A stretch of 32,000 nt of DNA from Aliivibrio fischeri ES114 (GTDB taxonomy: Bacteria; Pseudomonadota; Gammaproteobacteria; Enterobacterales; Vibrionaceae): assembly GCF_000011805.1 (NCBI RefSeq), contig NC_006840.2; one strand, written 5' to 3'. The notes under the pieces were generated by a model, which saw only the letters and a list, made by a program, of their open reading frames with translations, was not told where the DNA came from and did not search any database. This document shows positions 1 through 9,201 of the stretch, in pieces. How positions within the stretch are numbered: position 1 is the stretch's first letter; the number at the start of each line of letters is the position of its first letter. Made by a program: the position numbers and the translations under genes.

Positions 1-664
1 GAAAGGCGAGACCAATAGCATCTGCATAGATTTCTAATTGTGGAAGTATGGCTTTGCCTTTATCACCAGCACAAAGAGCACCGAGTTGAACCGCACACTT
101 AATAAGAGCACCCGTTTTATTAGCATGAATGCGCTCAAGAGAGGCAAGGTCAACTTTTTTACCTTCAGCTTGTAAATCTAATGATTGTCCCATGCACATA
201 CCTGATGCACCTGATGCTTTTGATAATACGCGGATCATATCAATGCGTGATGTTTCTGCATCGTCACTTAATTGACCATTCGCTAATATTTCAAAAGCAA
301 GTGTTTGGAGCGCATCACCAGCAAGAATCGCTGTTGCTTCATCATATTTTATATGGCAAGTAGCATGACCGCGACGAAGATCATCATTATCCATTGCTGG
401 TAAATCATCATGGATTAATGAATAAGAGTGGACACATTCAATAGCTGCGGCTGCACTATCAGCAAATTCAGCTTTAATGCCAAGCATTTGTGCTGTGATA
501 TAAACTAAATATGGTCGAGCTCGTTTGCCACCTAACAACAATGAATATTTCATTGCTTCAGTTAGTGGTTGTTGCTGAATTTCGATTTTTTCAAGCCACT
601 GATTTAATTGTTCAATGTTTCTATTTTGAAAAAATGTAAGTTGTTGTTTTAGTGAATCAGTCAT
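1..664 (-). CDS. ispA: Farnesyl diphosphate synthase IspA, 5' portion (gene runs off the left edge of the window)
   Basis: Absent from the ORF track because it is truncated by the window edge. My reverse-strand translation from the ATG at 664 gives [25 protein letters not shown]...[11 protein letters not shown]...[29 protein letters not shown]. This contains the first DDxxD motif of trans-prenyl diphosphate synthases. The ATG overlaps the xseB stop (GATGACTGA), matching the enterobacterial xseB-ispA operon order. Confidence 0.9.
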   Translation of the reverse strand, partial: MTDSLKQQLTFFQNRNIEQLNQWLEKIEIQQQPLTEAMKYSLLLGGKRARPYLVYITAQMLGIKAEFADSAAAAIECVHSYSLIHDDLPAMDNDDLRRGHATCHIKYDEATAILAGDALQTLAFEILANGQLSDDAETSRIDMIRVLSKASGASGMCMGQSLDLQAEGKKVDLASLERIHANKTGALIKCAVQLGALCAGDKGKAILPQLEIYADAIGLAF

Positions 665-899
665 CTTGTCCATCAAAAGGTGTTAGTTCTGCGTTATCGT
701 CAGCTTGAAGAAGAATTTCTACTCGTTGTTCTGCTTGAGTTAGTTTTTCTTGTCCAGCTCGTGCTAGAGAAATGCCTCGTTCAAACTTCTTCAATGCATC
801 TTCAAGAGGCAAATCGCCACTTTCTAATTGATTGACGACAGAATCCAGTTCTTCTATTGCCGCTTCAAACGATAAATTTTCAGGTTTTTTTACAGCCAT
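657..899 (-). CDS. xseB: Exodeoxyribonuclease VII small subunit
   Basis: 80-aa [50 protein letters not shown], a typical XseB sequence and size. It lies directly upstream of ispA. Confidence 0.93.
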   Translation of the reverse strand: MAVKKPENLSFEAAIEELDSVVNQLESGDLPLEDALKKFERGISLARAGQEKLTQAEQRVEILLQADDNAELTPFDGQDD

Positions 900-1057
900 A
901 ATGATTCACTCTTAAAATGATCCAAGAAAGGTAACTCAGAGAGAGGTGAGGGTCAATTGAACAGGTGAGAAAGTCACGTATAAAAGTAAAATTTAGTGAT
1001 TAAGGGCTACTTTTCAATCGATATCTTAATAGGACGAATCTTTTTGTACAAAAAAAT

Positions 1058-1084
1058 TAAACCATCCAACGCTTTGGTCGATAA
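1058..1084 (+). promoter_or_regulatory. Sigma-28 (FliA)-type flagellar promoter upstream of pomAB
   Basis: TAAA (1058-1061), then 15 nt, then GTCGATAA (1077-1084), against the consensus TAAA-N15-GCCGATAA (one mismatch). It lies 94 nt upstream of the pomA GTG start. Confidence 0.6.
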
Positions 1085-1177
1085 GAAATAAGCGGCAAAA
1101 AAGCGATACAATTTTATGGCTTAAATTTTGCTTAGCACTTTGTAAGTAAACACAAGCAGCATATAGGGGAGCGCTCT

Positions 1178-1942
1178 GTGGATTTAGCAACGTTAATAGG
1201 CTTAGTTGGTAGTTTTGCATTTATTATTATGGCAATGGTACTGGCTGGTGGTTTAGCCATTTTTATGGACACAACATCGGTTTTAATCGTAGTTGGTGGT
1301 TCAATTTTTGTTGTTTTAATGAAATTTACCGTAGGCCAATTTTTTGGCGCTGGTAAAATTGCAGGTAAAGCATTTATTTTTAAAACAGATGAACCTGTTG
1401 ATCTTATTGTAACTATTGTTGAAATGGCTGATGCGGCTCGTAAAGGCGGTTTCTTAGCATTAGAAGAAAAAGAAATCAGTAACTCTTTTATGCAAAAAGG
1501 TATTGATTTATTGGTTGATGGTCATGATGCTGAAGTTGTGAAAGCAACATTACAAAAAGACATCGCATTAACGAATGAACGTCATGAACGTGGTGTTGGT
1601 GTATTTACCGCTTTTGGTGACGTAGCTCCTGCAATGGGTATGATTGGTACCTTAGTTGGTCTAGTAGGTATGTTATCAAACATGGATGATCCTAAATCTA
1701 TCGGTCCTGCAATGGCGGTTGCGCTATTAACAACACTATATGGTTCGGTAATTTCAAACATGGTTGCATTCCCTATTGCTCATAAACTTGAATTACGTAA
1801 AGAACAAGAAAAATTGAATCGCCGTTTAATTCTTGATGGCATTTTGGCGATTCAAGATGGTCAAAACCCACGTGTTATTGATAGCTACTTACGTAACTAT
1901 TTAAATGAGAAAAAACGTGTTGTTGACACTGGCGAAGAATAA
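1178..1942 (+). CDS. pomA: Na+-driven polar flagellar motor stator protein PomA (MotA family)
   Basis: 254 aa with a GTG start preceded by AGGGGA. The sequence MDLATLIGLVGSFAFIIMAMVL...VEMADAARKGGFLALEE...GDVAPAMGMIGTLVGLV...AIQDGQNPRVIDSYL is near-colinear with the Vibrio alginolyticus PomA I recall. Confidence 0.95.
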   Translation: MDLATLIGLVGSFAFIIMAMVLAGGLAIFMDTTSVLIVVGGSIFVVLMKFTVGQFFGAGKIAGKAFIFKTDEPVDLIVTIVEMADAARKGGFLALEEKEISNSFMQKGIDLLVDGHDAEVVKATLQKDIALTNERHERGVGVFTAFGDVAPAMGMIGTLVGLVGMLSNMDDPKSIGPAMAVALLTTLYGSVISNMVAFPIAHKLELRKEQEKLNRRLILDGILAIQDGQNPRVIDSYLRNYLNEKKRVVDTGEE

Positions 1943-1957
1943 GACTGGGAGTCACTA

Positions 1958-2887
1958 ATGGAAGATGAAAACGACTGCAAATGTCCTCCTGGTGCCCCCT
2001 TATGGATGGCAACATTTGCTGACTTAGCAACATTATTAATGTGTTTTTTCGTTCTATTACTTTCGTTCTCAGAAATGGATGTATTGAAGTTTAAGCAGAT
2101 TGCAGGTTCAATGAAGTTTGCTTTTGGTGTGCAAAACGTTTTAGAAGTAAAAGACATACCAAAAGGGACAAGTGTTATTGCTCAAGAATTCCGCCCGGGA
2201 CGACCTGAGCCTACGCCAATTGAAGTTATCATGCAGCAGACAATCGATATTCCACAGAAAACATTAGATTTTCATGATGGAGAATCGGATCGTGCTGGTG
2301 GTACTAAACGAGAAGCGGGCAAGCAAACAGGTGGTGAGTCGCCATCTAACTCGACACAAACGAGTGCTCAAAGTAATTCAGAATCTGAAAGTCAAACTCA
2401 AAGCCAACAAGAGTTAGAAGATACGATTAAAAAAGCACTAGAGCGCGAGATTAGTGAAGGGGCGATTGAGGTTGAGAATTTAGGTCAACAGCTTGTTATC
2501 CGTATTCGAGAAAAAGGTGCATTTCCTGCAGGTTCAGCCTTTTTACAACCAAAGTTCCGTCCACTTATTCGTCAAATTGCTGAATTAGTGAAAGATGTTC
2601 CAGGTATCATTCGTGTATCAGGTCATACTGATAATCAGCCTTTAGATTCAGAGCTTTATCGTTCTAATTGGGACTTATCTGCTCAACGAGCAGTTTCCGT
2701 TGCTCTTGAGATGGAAAGAGTTAAAGGCTTTGAAAGTGACCGTTTACGTGTTCGTGGTATGGCGTCAACAGAACCACTAGTTTCAAATAAAACGGCTGAA
2801 GGGCGAGCTCGAAATCGCCGTGTTGAAATCAGCATCATGCAGGGTAAACCTCATGAAAGTGATGAAGTACCTAGTGCTCAACCGTAA
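1958..2887 (+). CDS. pomB: Na+-driven flagellar motor stator protein PomB (MotB/OmpA-like C-terminal peptidoglycan-binding domain)
   Basis: 309 aa. The N-terminus ...PLWMATFADLATLLMCFFVLLLSFSEMDVLKFKQIAGSMKFAFGVQ carries the conserved TM Asp (FADL). The C-terminus has an OmpA-like motif (SGHTDNQP...NWDLSAQRA...NRRVEI). GGGAG RBS. Confidence 0.95.
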   Translation: MEDENDCKCPPGAPLWMATFADLATLLMCFFVLLLSFSEMDVLKFKQIAGSMKFAFGVQNVLEVKDIPKGTSVIAQEFRPGRPEPTPIEVIMQQTIDIPQKTLDFHDGESDRAGGTKREAGKQTGGESPSNSTQTSAQSNSESESQTQSQQELEDTIKKALEREISEGAIEVENLGQQLVIRIREKGAFPAGSAFLQPKFRPLIRQIAELVKDVPGIIRVSGHTDNQPLDSELYRSNWDLSAQRAVSVALEMERVKGFESDRLRVRGMASTEPLVSNKTAEGRARNRRVEISIMQGKPHESDEVPSAQP

Positions 2888-2929
2888 TTCGAGTTAAAGA
2901 GCTCAGTGATAATTAAGATAATAATGAAA

Positions 2930-2961
2930 GGCGAGTTGAATTAGCAACTCGCCTTTTTTTT
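2930..2961 (+). terminator. Rho-independent terminator after pomB
   Basis: GGCGAGTTG / CAACTCGCC 9-bp stem with a 6-nt loop, followed by T8. Confidence 0.85.
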
Positions 2962-3046
2962 CGGTATAATCTTGCGCCTTAGATTAGGTCCTGAACCAAC
3001 CTTATCTATCCTTTTGATTGTTTTCCTACATCAGTGAAGTCTATAT

Positions 3047-4495
3047 ATGAAGTTTATCGTTAAGCCACACCCAGAAGTTTTTGTTAAAAGTGATTCAGTA
3101 CGTAAGCGCTTTATTCGTATTCTTGAATCTAACCTACGCAGTATTATTCAGCGTGAAACCAAAGGTGTTGAAGTCATCAACCGTCGTGATCATATCGAAG
3201 TGACAGGACTGAGTGATGAATACCGTGATGTAACATTGGCGGTACTAACGCAAACTCCAGGTATTCATCATGTACTTGAAGTTAAGCAGTCAGGCTTTAA
3301 AGACATGCACGATATTTTTGAGCAATGTCTTGAAATGAACCGTGAAGTGATTGAAGGTAAAACGTTCTGTGTACGTGTTAAGCGTCGTGGTAATCATGAC
3401 TTTACGTCTATTGAGCTTGAGCGCTACGTTGGTGGCGGTTTAAATCAATCAGTAGAAAGTGCAAGTGTTCGTCTAAAGAACCCTGAAGTGACGGTTAAAT
3501 TTGAAGTAGCAAATGATAAATTAAACTTGATCATTGCTCGTCATAAAGGCTTGGGTGGTTTTCCTCTTGGAACTCAAGAAGATGTATTAAGCTTGATTTC
3601 TGGTGGTTTTGATTCTGGTGTATCAAGCTACTTACACATTAAACGTGGTTCAAAAGTACACTACTTATTCTTTAATTTAGGTGGTCCAGCTCACGAGATT
3701 GGCGTGAAACAAGTGTCGCACTTCTTGTGGAAAAAATACGGTTCATCAGCAAAAGTTAAATTTATCTCTGTTGATTTTGATCCAGTTGTTGCTGAGATCT
3801 TAGAGAAAGTCGATGATGGTCAAATGGGTGTTATCTTAAAACGTATGTTTATGCGTGCAGGTGGCATGGTTGCTGAGAAATTTGGCATTGAAGGATTAGT
3901 TACTGGTGAAGCATTAGGTCAAGTATCTAGTCAAACACTAACTAACTTACGCCATATTGATAATGTAACTGATTCACTGATTCTACGTCCTCTAATTAAC
4001 TGGGACAAAGAAGATATTATTGATTTAGCTCGTGAGATTGGCACTGAAGATTTCGCTAAAACAATGCCTGAATACTGTGGTGTAATTTCTAAGAAACCAA
4101 CAGTAAAAGCAGTAAAAGAAAAACTAGAAAAAGAAGAAGCGAAATTCGATTTCTCTGTTCTTGAGCAAGCGGTTTATAACGCGCGAGTTATGGACATTCG
4201 TGATATTGAAAAAGAAAGCCAAGAGCAAGCTCCAGAAGTTGAAATGGTATCTGAGCTAGGTTCTGATGTTGTGGTTCTTGATATCCGTAGTGCTGAAGAA
4301 GAAGATGAGAAGCCATTAGAGCTTGATGGTGTTGAGGTGACTCACATTCCTTTCTTCAAATTAGCAACTAAGTTTGGTGATCTAGACCAATCTAAAGAGT
4401 ACTTATTATACTGTGAGCGTGGTGTGATGAGCCGTCTTCAAGCATTATTATTAATTGAGAATGGCTATAAGAACGTAAAAGTTTACCGTCCATAG
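3047..4495 (+). CDS. thiI: tRNA 4-thiouridine(8) synthase / sulfur-carrier ThiI with C-terminal rhodanese domain
   Basis: 482 aa. It has the PP-loop SGGFDS motif, a THUMP-like N-terminus ([22 protein letters not shown]), and a rhodanese-type C-terminus with the active-site context [10 protein letters not shown]. Confidence 0.95.
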   Translation: MKFIVKPHPEVFVKSDSVRKRFIRILESNLRSIIQRETKGVEVINRRDHIEVTGLSDEYRDVTLAVLTQTPGIHHVLEVKQSGFKDMHDIFEQCLEMNREVIEGKTFCVRVKRRGNHDFTSIELERYVGGGLNQSVESASVRLKNPEVTVKFEVANDKLNLIIARHKGLGGFPLGTQEDVLSLISGGFDSGVSSYLHIKRGSKVHYLFFNLGGPAHEIGVKQVSHFLWKKYGSSAKVKFISVDFDPVVAEILEKVDDGQMGVILKRMFMRAGGMVAEKFGIEGLVTGEALGQVSSQTLTNLRHIDNVTDSLILRPLINWDKEDIIDLAREIGTEDFAKTMPEYCGVISKKPTVKAVKEKLEKEEAKFDFSVLEQAVYNARVMDIRDIEKESQEQAPEVEMVSELGSDVVVLDIRSAEEEDEKPLELDGVEVTHIPFFKLATKFGDLDQSKEYLLYCERGVMSRLQALLLIENGYKNVKVYRP

Positions 4496-4515
4496 TTCGT
4501 AAATATGTAATATTT

Positions 4516-4549
4516 AAAAAGGGCGTTGATTATTCAACGCCCTTTTTTT
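4516..4549. terminator. Bidirectional rho-independent terminator shared by thiI (+) and yajL (-)
   Basis: A5 - GGGCGTTGA - TTAT - TCAACGCCC - T7. The A-tract and T-tract flank a 9-bp GC-rich stem between convergent genes. Confidence 0.85.
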
Positions 4550-4567
4550 GTCTATCACCGATTGGAG

Positions 4568-5158
4568 TTAGACTTGATGATAATTAAGATTAGGAAGTGT
4601 TACTAAATCAGCAGCTAATTTAGCAGTAAGCTCTTTACCCGCAAGAGTTGTGACAATTTCCATCGCAAACTCAAGAGCCGAACCTGGACCCTGGCTTGTG
4701 ATTAAGTGATTTAGCACATCCGTAAATACACGCTTAATACGACGGTTTTTCTCTGGAATCGCTTCCATAAAGCTTGGGTAGCACGTCATTAATGCGTCTG
4801 GATATAAATTATGATGTTGTAAAACAATGGCTGGTGCAGCACAAATTGCAGCTACCCATTTTTCATCGTATTTTTGTTGTTTTAACATCTCAATGAGTAG
4901 GGTACTGTCTCTGAAATTTTCAGATCCTTTTAATCCACCCGGTAGAACAATACAATCAAACTCTTCATCAGCAACTTCAACCAGTTTTACATCAGCGGTT
5001 AACATCACTCTTTGTGCTGCCTTCATTGTTAATGAACCATCAAAAGCAGTACTAGCAACGGTTACATCAAATTTTGCTCGTTCTAGAATATCAATGACCG
5101 TAATGGCTTCTAATTCTTCAGTGCCGGGTGCTATACATACGAGAATTTTTTTCGTCAT
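4568..5158 (-). CDS. yajL: DJ-1/PfpI-family protein deglycase YajL (ThiJ)
   Basis: 196 aa, colinear with E. coli YajL, including the nucleophile-elbow motif AAICAAP and the LPGG motif. Its start overlaps the panE stop (ATGA). Confidence 0.9.
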   Translation of the reverse strand: MTKKILVCIAPGTEELEAITVIDILERAKFDVTVASTAFDGSLTMKAAQRVMLTADVKLVEVADEEFDCIVLPGGLKGSENFRDSTLLIEMLKQQKYDEKWVAAICAAPAIVLQHHNLYPDALMTCYPSFMEAIPEKNRRIKRVFTDVLNHLITSQGPGSALEFAMEIVTTLAGKELTAKLAADLVTLPNLNYHQV

Positions 5159-6060
5159 AATGTGTTCTCTTCTAATTGTTTAATTTGATTATATAACGAT
5201 AGATTGGTAGGTGCTGAAATTCCATGAAATTCGGCTCGCTGTAATAAGTAGCCAGTAATAAAATCAATTTCAGTCTTACGTTGATAAAAACAGTCACGGT
5301 TCATTGATGAGTAATTAGCAGACGTTGCGGTTATTACTTGCGTGACCGTTGAGACTAATTCATTCTCTGTCCATTCAATATTTTCTTCTTGTAGAACTTG
5401 ATGTACTTCAGAGCAAATGTTCATTACATATTGATGGATGTCGGGTTGTGCTAATTGTCCATTCTTACATTGATGAATTGCTGTTAATGGGTTAATTGCA
5501 CAGTTGATAGCGAGTTTTTTCCATAATGCGATATTAATTTCTGGGTTCCAATCGACACTTGGCAAGCTATGATTTAATACATCTTGAATAAACTGACACT
5601 GTTTACCTAGTGGGTTAAATGGGCCTACTGAGGCATTTCCATAACCTGTATGGATTACGTTAGTGTTATTTTCTTTTAATGCACCATGAGTCGTCGTTGC
5701 TTGCAAAATTGGGTGGTGATTAATGTGTTCTTTTAAGTCATCAATTGCTCCCATGCCATTATGCATAAATAGCAGTATGGTTTCTTTTGATAATGATGGA
5801 AGTAAAGGGAGTAAGGCGCTTTCGACTTGCCAAGCTTTAACTGTAATTAATAGCAAATCACAATCGTTCAAGGCTTGTTTATCATTGCACTTAAATTGGT
5901 GTGATGAGTTTTCATTAGCGGATAATGAAAGTAGTTGCTCAGAAGGTGTTGAATTTCTTGTCCATAAACAGATATTGTGTCCTGCTTTTTGCAGATAGCA
6001 TGCCCATAAAGAGCCGACTGCACCAGGACCAAGAATGGTGATATTCACAGATGAATCCAT
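5155..6060 (-). CDS. panE: 2-dehydropantoate 2-reductase (ketopantoate reductase)
   Basis: Colinear with E. coli PanE (ITILGPGAVGSLWA Rossmann motif; LLITVKAWQV; NCAINPLTAI). I place the start at the ATG at 6060 (MDSSVNITILG). The 16 extra N-terminal residues in the ORF-track model (start 6108) have no PanE counterpart. Confidence 0.9.
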   Translation of the reverse strand: MDSSVNITILGPGAVGSLWACYLQKAGHNICLWTRNSTPSEQLLSLSANENSSHQFKCNDKQALNDCDLLLITVKAWQVESALLPLLPSLSKETILLFMHNGMGAIDDLKEHINHHPILQATTTHGALKENNTNVIHTGYGNASVGPFNPLGKQCQFIQDVLNHSLPSVDWNPEINIALWKKLAINCAINPLTAIHQCKNGQLAQPDIHQYVMNICSEVHQVLQEENIEWTENELVSTVTQVITATSANYSSMNRDCFYQRKTEIDFITGYLLQRAEFHGISAPTNLSLYNQIKQLEENTL

Positions 6061-6097
6061 TAAGAAGAAATAATGAAAGCAGTGTAATTGGTTTGCT

Positions 6098-6130
6098 ACA
6101 AAAAACAAAGGCGCTCATAGTGAGCGCCTT
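6098..6130 (-). terminator. Rho-independent terminator after the ompK-family gene
   Basis: Read on the minus strand: AAGGCGCTC - loop - GAGCGCCTT followed by TGTTTTTTG. Confidence 0.8.
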
Positions 6131-6155
6131 AGTAAAATAGGTATTCTAAGTTAGA

Positions 6156-6929
6156 TTAGAAGTTATATTTCACTGTGTAAATTACAGCTTGATCAAGCTT
6201 TGTTTGACCTAGTTTATTATCAGCGTAGCGGTATTGGATACCAGTTGTTACAGCATCAGTCGCATTCCACCAAAGAGCTACGGCACCGTTCATTGATAGA
6301 TCATCTGTTTCACCAGAAACTGCAACATAATCATCAGTACGAGCAAATTCAGTTTCGTGCCAGTTTGATAGAGAGAAGCTTTGGTTACCTAGTTTAAAGT
6401 TATAACCTAATGCCCAACCAAACATACCACCGTTCATACCACTGAATGACTTAGCTGCTAATTGATCACCATTTTTGTCAAATTGGAATGAATTTGTTGT
6501 AATCGTATGATGGAAGCCAACCCAAGGGTTAAAGTACCAGTTATCACCGCTGAAGTTATATGAAACACCCGTAACGGTATTTTGAGCTGTGAAACCAGCA
6601 GAGTTTGTATTATAAAGTTGACCGTATAAACGTAATTCTTTTAGACCAGTTTTCCATGCAACACTACCTTTGATAGACGTTCGAGTTTCATCAAAGCCAT
6701 TTTCCATGTTTTCAAAATCAGCAAATCCGTATAATTCACCCCAAGAATAACCTGAACCACCTTCTAACTCTAGGTAGCTAAAGTCTTCTTTACCAGAACG
6801 ATCTGTTGTGTCATTTGACCAATCTAAGTAGTTCACACTCATGTTTGCAAAACCATATAGGTATTCAGCTTGAGCAGGAATAGCAACAGTTGTAGCAAGA
6901 ACAGATAGAGCTAAAAGGGATTTACGCAT
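6156..6929 (-). CDS. ompK: Tsx/OmpK-family outer-membrane nucleoside channel / vibriophage-receptor-type porin
   Basis: 257 aa. It has a Sec signal peptide (MRKSLLALSVLATTVAIPAQA-EY), alternating aromatic beta-strand patterning and a C-terminal ...YTVKYNF. The N-terminus is identical in style to Vibrio OmpK. The symbol is given at family level only. Confidence 0.8.
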   Translation of the reverse strand: MRKSLLALSVLATTVAIPAQAEYLYGFANMSVNYLDWSNDTTDRSGKEDFSYLELEGGSGYSWGELYGFADFENMENGFDETRTSIKGSVAWKTGLKELRLYGQLYNTNSAGFTAQNTVTGVSYNFSGDNWYFNPWVGFHHTITTNSFQFDKNGDQLAAKSFSGMNGGMFGWALGYNFKLGNQSFSLSNWHETEFARTDDYVAVSGETDDLSMNGAVALWWNATDAVTTGIQYRYADNKLGQTKLDQAVIYTVKYNF

Positions 6930-7100
6930 AATGGTATCTCTATAGTTATGTATTACAAAAAATGATAGAAGGACGATATGTATCGTTCTCGAATGACGCA
7001 GATAATATAGAGAAAGTTCACTTTTTTAAATGCAATTTATGTAATAGCAATGTTATATGTAGATCTCGATCGTGTTTATAAATTGAGCTAAGAAAATAAG

Positions 7101-7114
7101 GTGATCAATATCAC
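7101..7114. promoter_or_regulatory. CRP-like palindrome upstream of ompK
   Basis: GTGA-TCAATA-TCAC matches the core of TGTGA-N6-TCACA. It is centred about 62 bp upstream of a predicted start site, inferred from a minus-strand TATAAC -10 box at 7052-7057. Confidence 0.35.
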
Positions 7115-7150
7115 TTACTTGACAAAACTCTGACGTAAAAATGTGAACAG

Positions 7151-7182
7151 AAACAAAAAGGCCTCCTAGATTAGGAGGCTTT
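7151..7182 (-). terminator. Rho-independent terminator after ampG
   Basis: Read on the minus strand: GCCTCCTA - ATC - TAGGAGGC followed by CTTTTTGTTT. Confidence 0.8.
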
Positions 7183-7210
7183 GGTAGCACAGTTGTTACG
7201 TATAAGAACT

Positions 7211-8554
7211 TTAAGAGCTTTGATGCTTATCAAGAAGCGCTTTGAAATACCCTTTAAGCATAAGCAGCATAATTAGACTAGGGATAACCATTACCGCTGT
7301 TAATATAAAGAATAAAGGCCAGCTATTTAAATAGTCGGCTAACTCACCACTAAAAGACGCTAATGTTGTTCTACCTAAGTTGCCTAATGAAGCCAGTAAT
7401 GCATATTGAGTCGCAGAGAATGCTTCTCCAGTAAGTATGGTTAAGAAGGATACAAAGGCGACGGTTGAAAACGCCGTTGTGAAGTTATCAACAATAATCG
7501 TTGCTAGGAATAAATGTTCATTAGGACCGACATTGGCGATAAGCGCAAACATTAGATTACTTGCAGCCATAGCGACACCGCCAATCATTAAGCCTTTTAC
7601 AACCCCAAAACGAACGTTGATTAAGCTGCCTAATAGGGTGAAGAATACGGTTGCTCCCCAGCCGATCAGTTTAGAGTAATAGCCAATTTGTTCGTTACTA
7701 AATCCGATTTCTTTATAAAAAGTGATCGACATTCTTCCCAGAAAAGCCTCACCAATTTTAAATAAGAAAACAAATAGTAGAAGGGTACAGGCTGTCTTTA
7801 CTCCATTTCGGTTAAAGAAATCATAAAATGGCTCAATTACTGTTACAGTAAACCAAGCGGCAACTTTAGAACCAACCAATTTATTGTGACGCTCTTCGGC
7901 TTCGTGCTGTAGCTCATCACGTTTGGTTTTTGGTTCACCAACTAATAGAGTGAATACCATTAATAAGCCAACAATTCCTGCCATACCATAGTAAACGCCA
8001 TTCCATCCGATGCTGTCTGCATTAATAAAAGCGAGATAACCAGGTAATGAATAGCCTGTCCACCAACCAATGACGGCCATTGCTGATGCTTGAGGCATTT
8101 TAGTTGATTCTGATTTTGGGAAAGTATCAATACGAAATGCATCAATGGCAACATCTTGTGTCGCTGATGCTGTTGCAATAGCGAGTGCAAACATTGATGT
8201 TAGCATTAAATTTTTGGATGGATCTAAGCCCGCAATTTGTAATGTGCAGAAGAAAACAATAGCTTGGCAAACGAAGATCCAACTGCGACGTTGACCAAGT
8301 TTATTTCCAATAAAAGGAAGTTTTACACGATCAACCAGCGGTGCCCACATAAAATTAATGGCATATACAGCAAATACAGAACCAAAATAACCAATGGCAG
8401 CTCGAGTCAGTCCTGCATCTTTTAGCCAACCTGACATATTTGAGCCAATAAGCACCCAAGGAAAACCACTAGAACAACCTAGCATGAAAACCCAAAGTAA
8501 ACGTTTATCCATGTAGCTTTTTATGGCTGTTTTCCATTGCATGGAATGAGACAT
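7211..8554 (-). CDS. ampG: AmpG-family MFS muropeptide (anhydro-MurNAc peptide) permease
   Basis: 447 aa multi-TM MFS protein whose N-terminal motifs resemble AmpG (LGCSSGFPWVL..., FMWAPLVDR). It lies downstream of yajG, as in the E. coli yajG-ampG pair. Confidence 0.85.
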   Translation of the reverse strand: MSHSMQWKTAIKSYMDKRLLWVFMLGCSSGFPWVLIGSNMSGWLKDAGLTRAAIGYFGSVFAVYAINFMWAPLVDRVKLPFIGNKLGQRRSWIFVCQAIVFFCTLQIAGLDPSKNLMLTSMFALAIATASATQDVAIDAFRIDTFPKSESTKMPQASAMAVIGWWTGYSLPGYLAFINADSIGWNGVYYGMAGIVGLLMVFTLLVGEPKTKRDELQHEAEERHNKLVGSKVAAWFTVTVIEPFYDFFNRNGVKTACTLLLFVFLFKIGEAFLGRMSITFYKEIGFSNEQIGYYSKLIGWGATVFFTLLGSLINVRFGVVKGLMIGGVAMAASNLMFALIANVGPNEHLFLATIIVDNFTTAFSTVAFVSFLTILTGEAFSATQYALLASLGNLGRTTLASFSGELADYLNSWPLFFILTAVMVIPSLIMLLMLKGYFKALLDKHQSS

Positions 8555-8590
8555 GAAACGCTCCTTGTTATTTGTTCTTATTGAAATAGA

Positions 8591-8617
8591 TAGAAAAAGC
8601 AGCCCGAAAGCTGCTTT
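8591..8617 (-). terminator. Rho-independent terminator after ppiA
   Basis: Read on the minus strand: AAAGCAGC - loop - GCTGCTTT followed by TTCTATC. Confidence 0.7.
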
Positions 8618-8640
8618 AGAGTAGTGCTATATTAACTAAA

Positions 8641-9201
8641 TTATTTAATTAATGTTGCTTTAGTTATGATAATTGGCTCAACTGGAATATCGCGCATACC
8701 ATTTGGTAGAGCTTTGGTTTTCTTAGTTGCCATTTTTTGAATCACATCAAAACCTTGTGTTACTTTACCAAACACTGCATAACCCGGTGGACGCTGACTT
8801 GCGTTTAAGAAATCATTGTCATTTAGGTTGATGTAGAATTGGCGAGTGGCAGAATCTGGGTTGTTAGTTCGAGCCATTGCAATTGTAGCAGTGTCATTAC
8901 CTAAACCGTTATAGCCTTCATTTTTGATAGGCCCATAGCTTGGCTTTTTTATCATATTTTTATCAAAACCACCACCTTGAGCCATGAAGCCTGGGATTAC
9001 TCGGTGAAATTGAGTTCCAACATAACTGCCATCTTCAACATAACGGATGAAGTTTGCCACAGAAATAGGAGCTTTCTCTGAATTTAGTTCAACAGTAAAG
9101 TTACCCAATGTGGTTTCAAATTTTACCGATTCTGCTAGAGCCATTTGACTTGTGCTAAGAGCAGCAATAATTAATGCGGCTTTTGAAATCATTTTAATCA
9201 T
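8641..9201 (-). CDS. ppiA: Periplasmic cyclophilin-type peptidyl-prolyl cis-trans isomerase A
   Basis: 186 aa with a signal peptide (..STSQMALA-ES) and cyclophilin motifs FHRVIPGFMAQGGGF and MARTNNPDSATRQFYINL. Confidence 0.9.
   Translation of the reverse strand: MIKMISKAALIIAALSTSQMALAESVKFETTLGNFTVELNSEKAPISVANFIRYVEDGSYVGTQFHRVIPGFMAQGGGFDKNMIKKPSYGPIKNEGYNGLGNDTATIAMARTNNPDSATRQFYINLNDNDFLNASQRPPGYAVFGKVTQGFDVIQKMATKKTKALPNGMRDIPVEPIIITKATLIK

Noticed and set aside
181-363. 60-aa plus-strand ORF from the six-frame track
   Set aside because: It lies entirely antisense inside ispA, whose minus-strand translation shows the prenyl-synthase DDxxD motif. The ORF has no RBS and low-complexity, unrecognisable sequence.
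1026-2157. Minus-strand ORFs 1026-1220 and 1897-2157
   Set aside because: They are antisense to the pomA promoter/5' end and to the pomA-pomB junction. Both have no RBS and no recognisable sequence, and they conflict with confidently identified genes.
4827-8190. Antisense or alternate-frame track ORFs 4827-5183, 5723-5998, 6200-6397, 7437-7679 and 7960-8190
   Set aside because: Each sits inside a well-supported gene (yajL, panE, ompK, ampG), either on the opposite strand or, for 7960-8190, in another frame of the ampG strand. They are shadow ORFs typical of AT-rich genomes.
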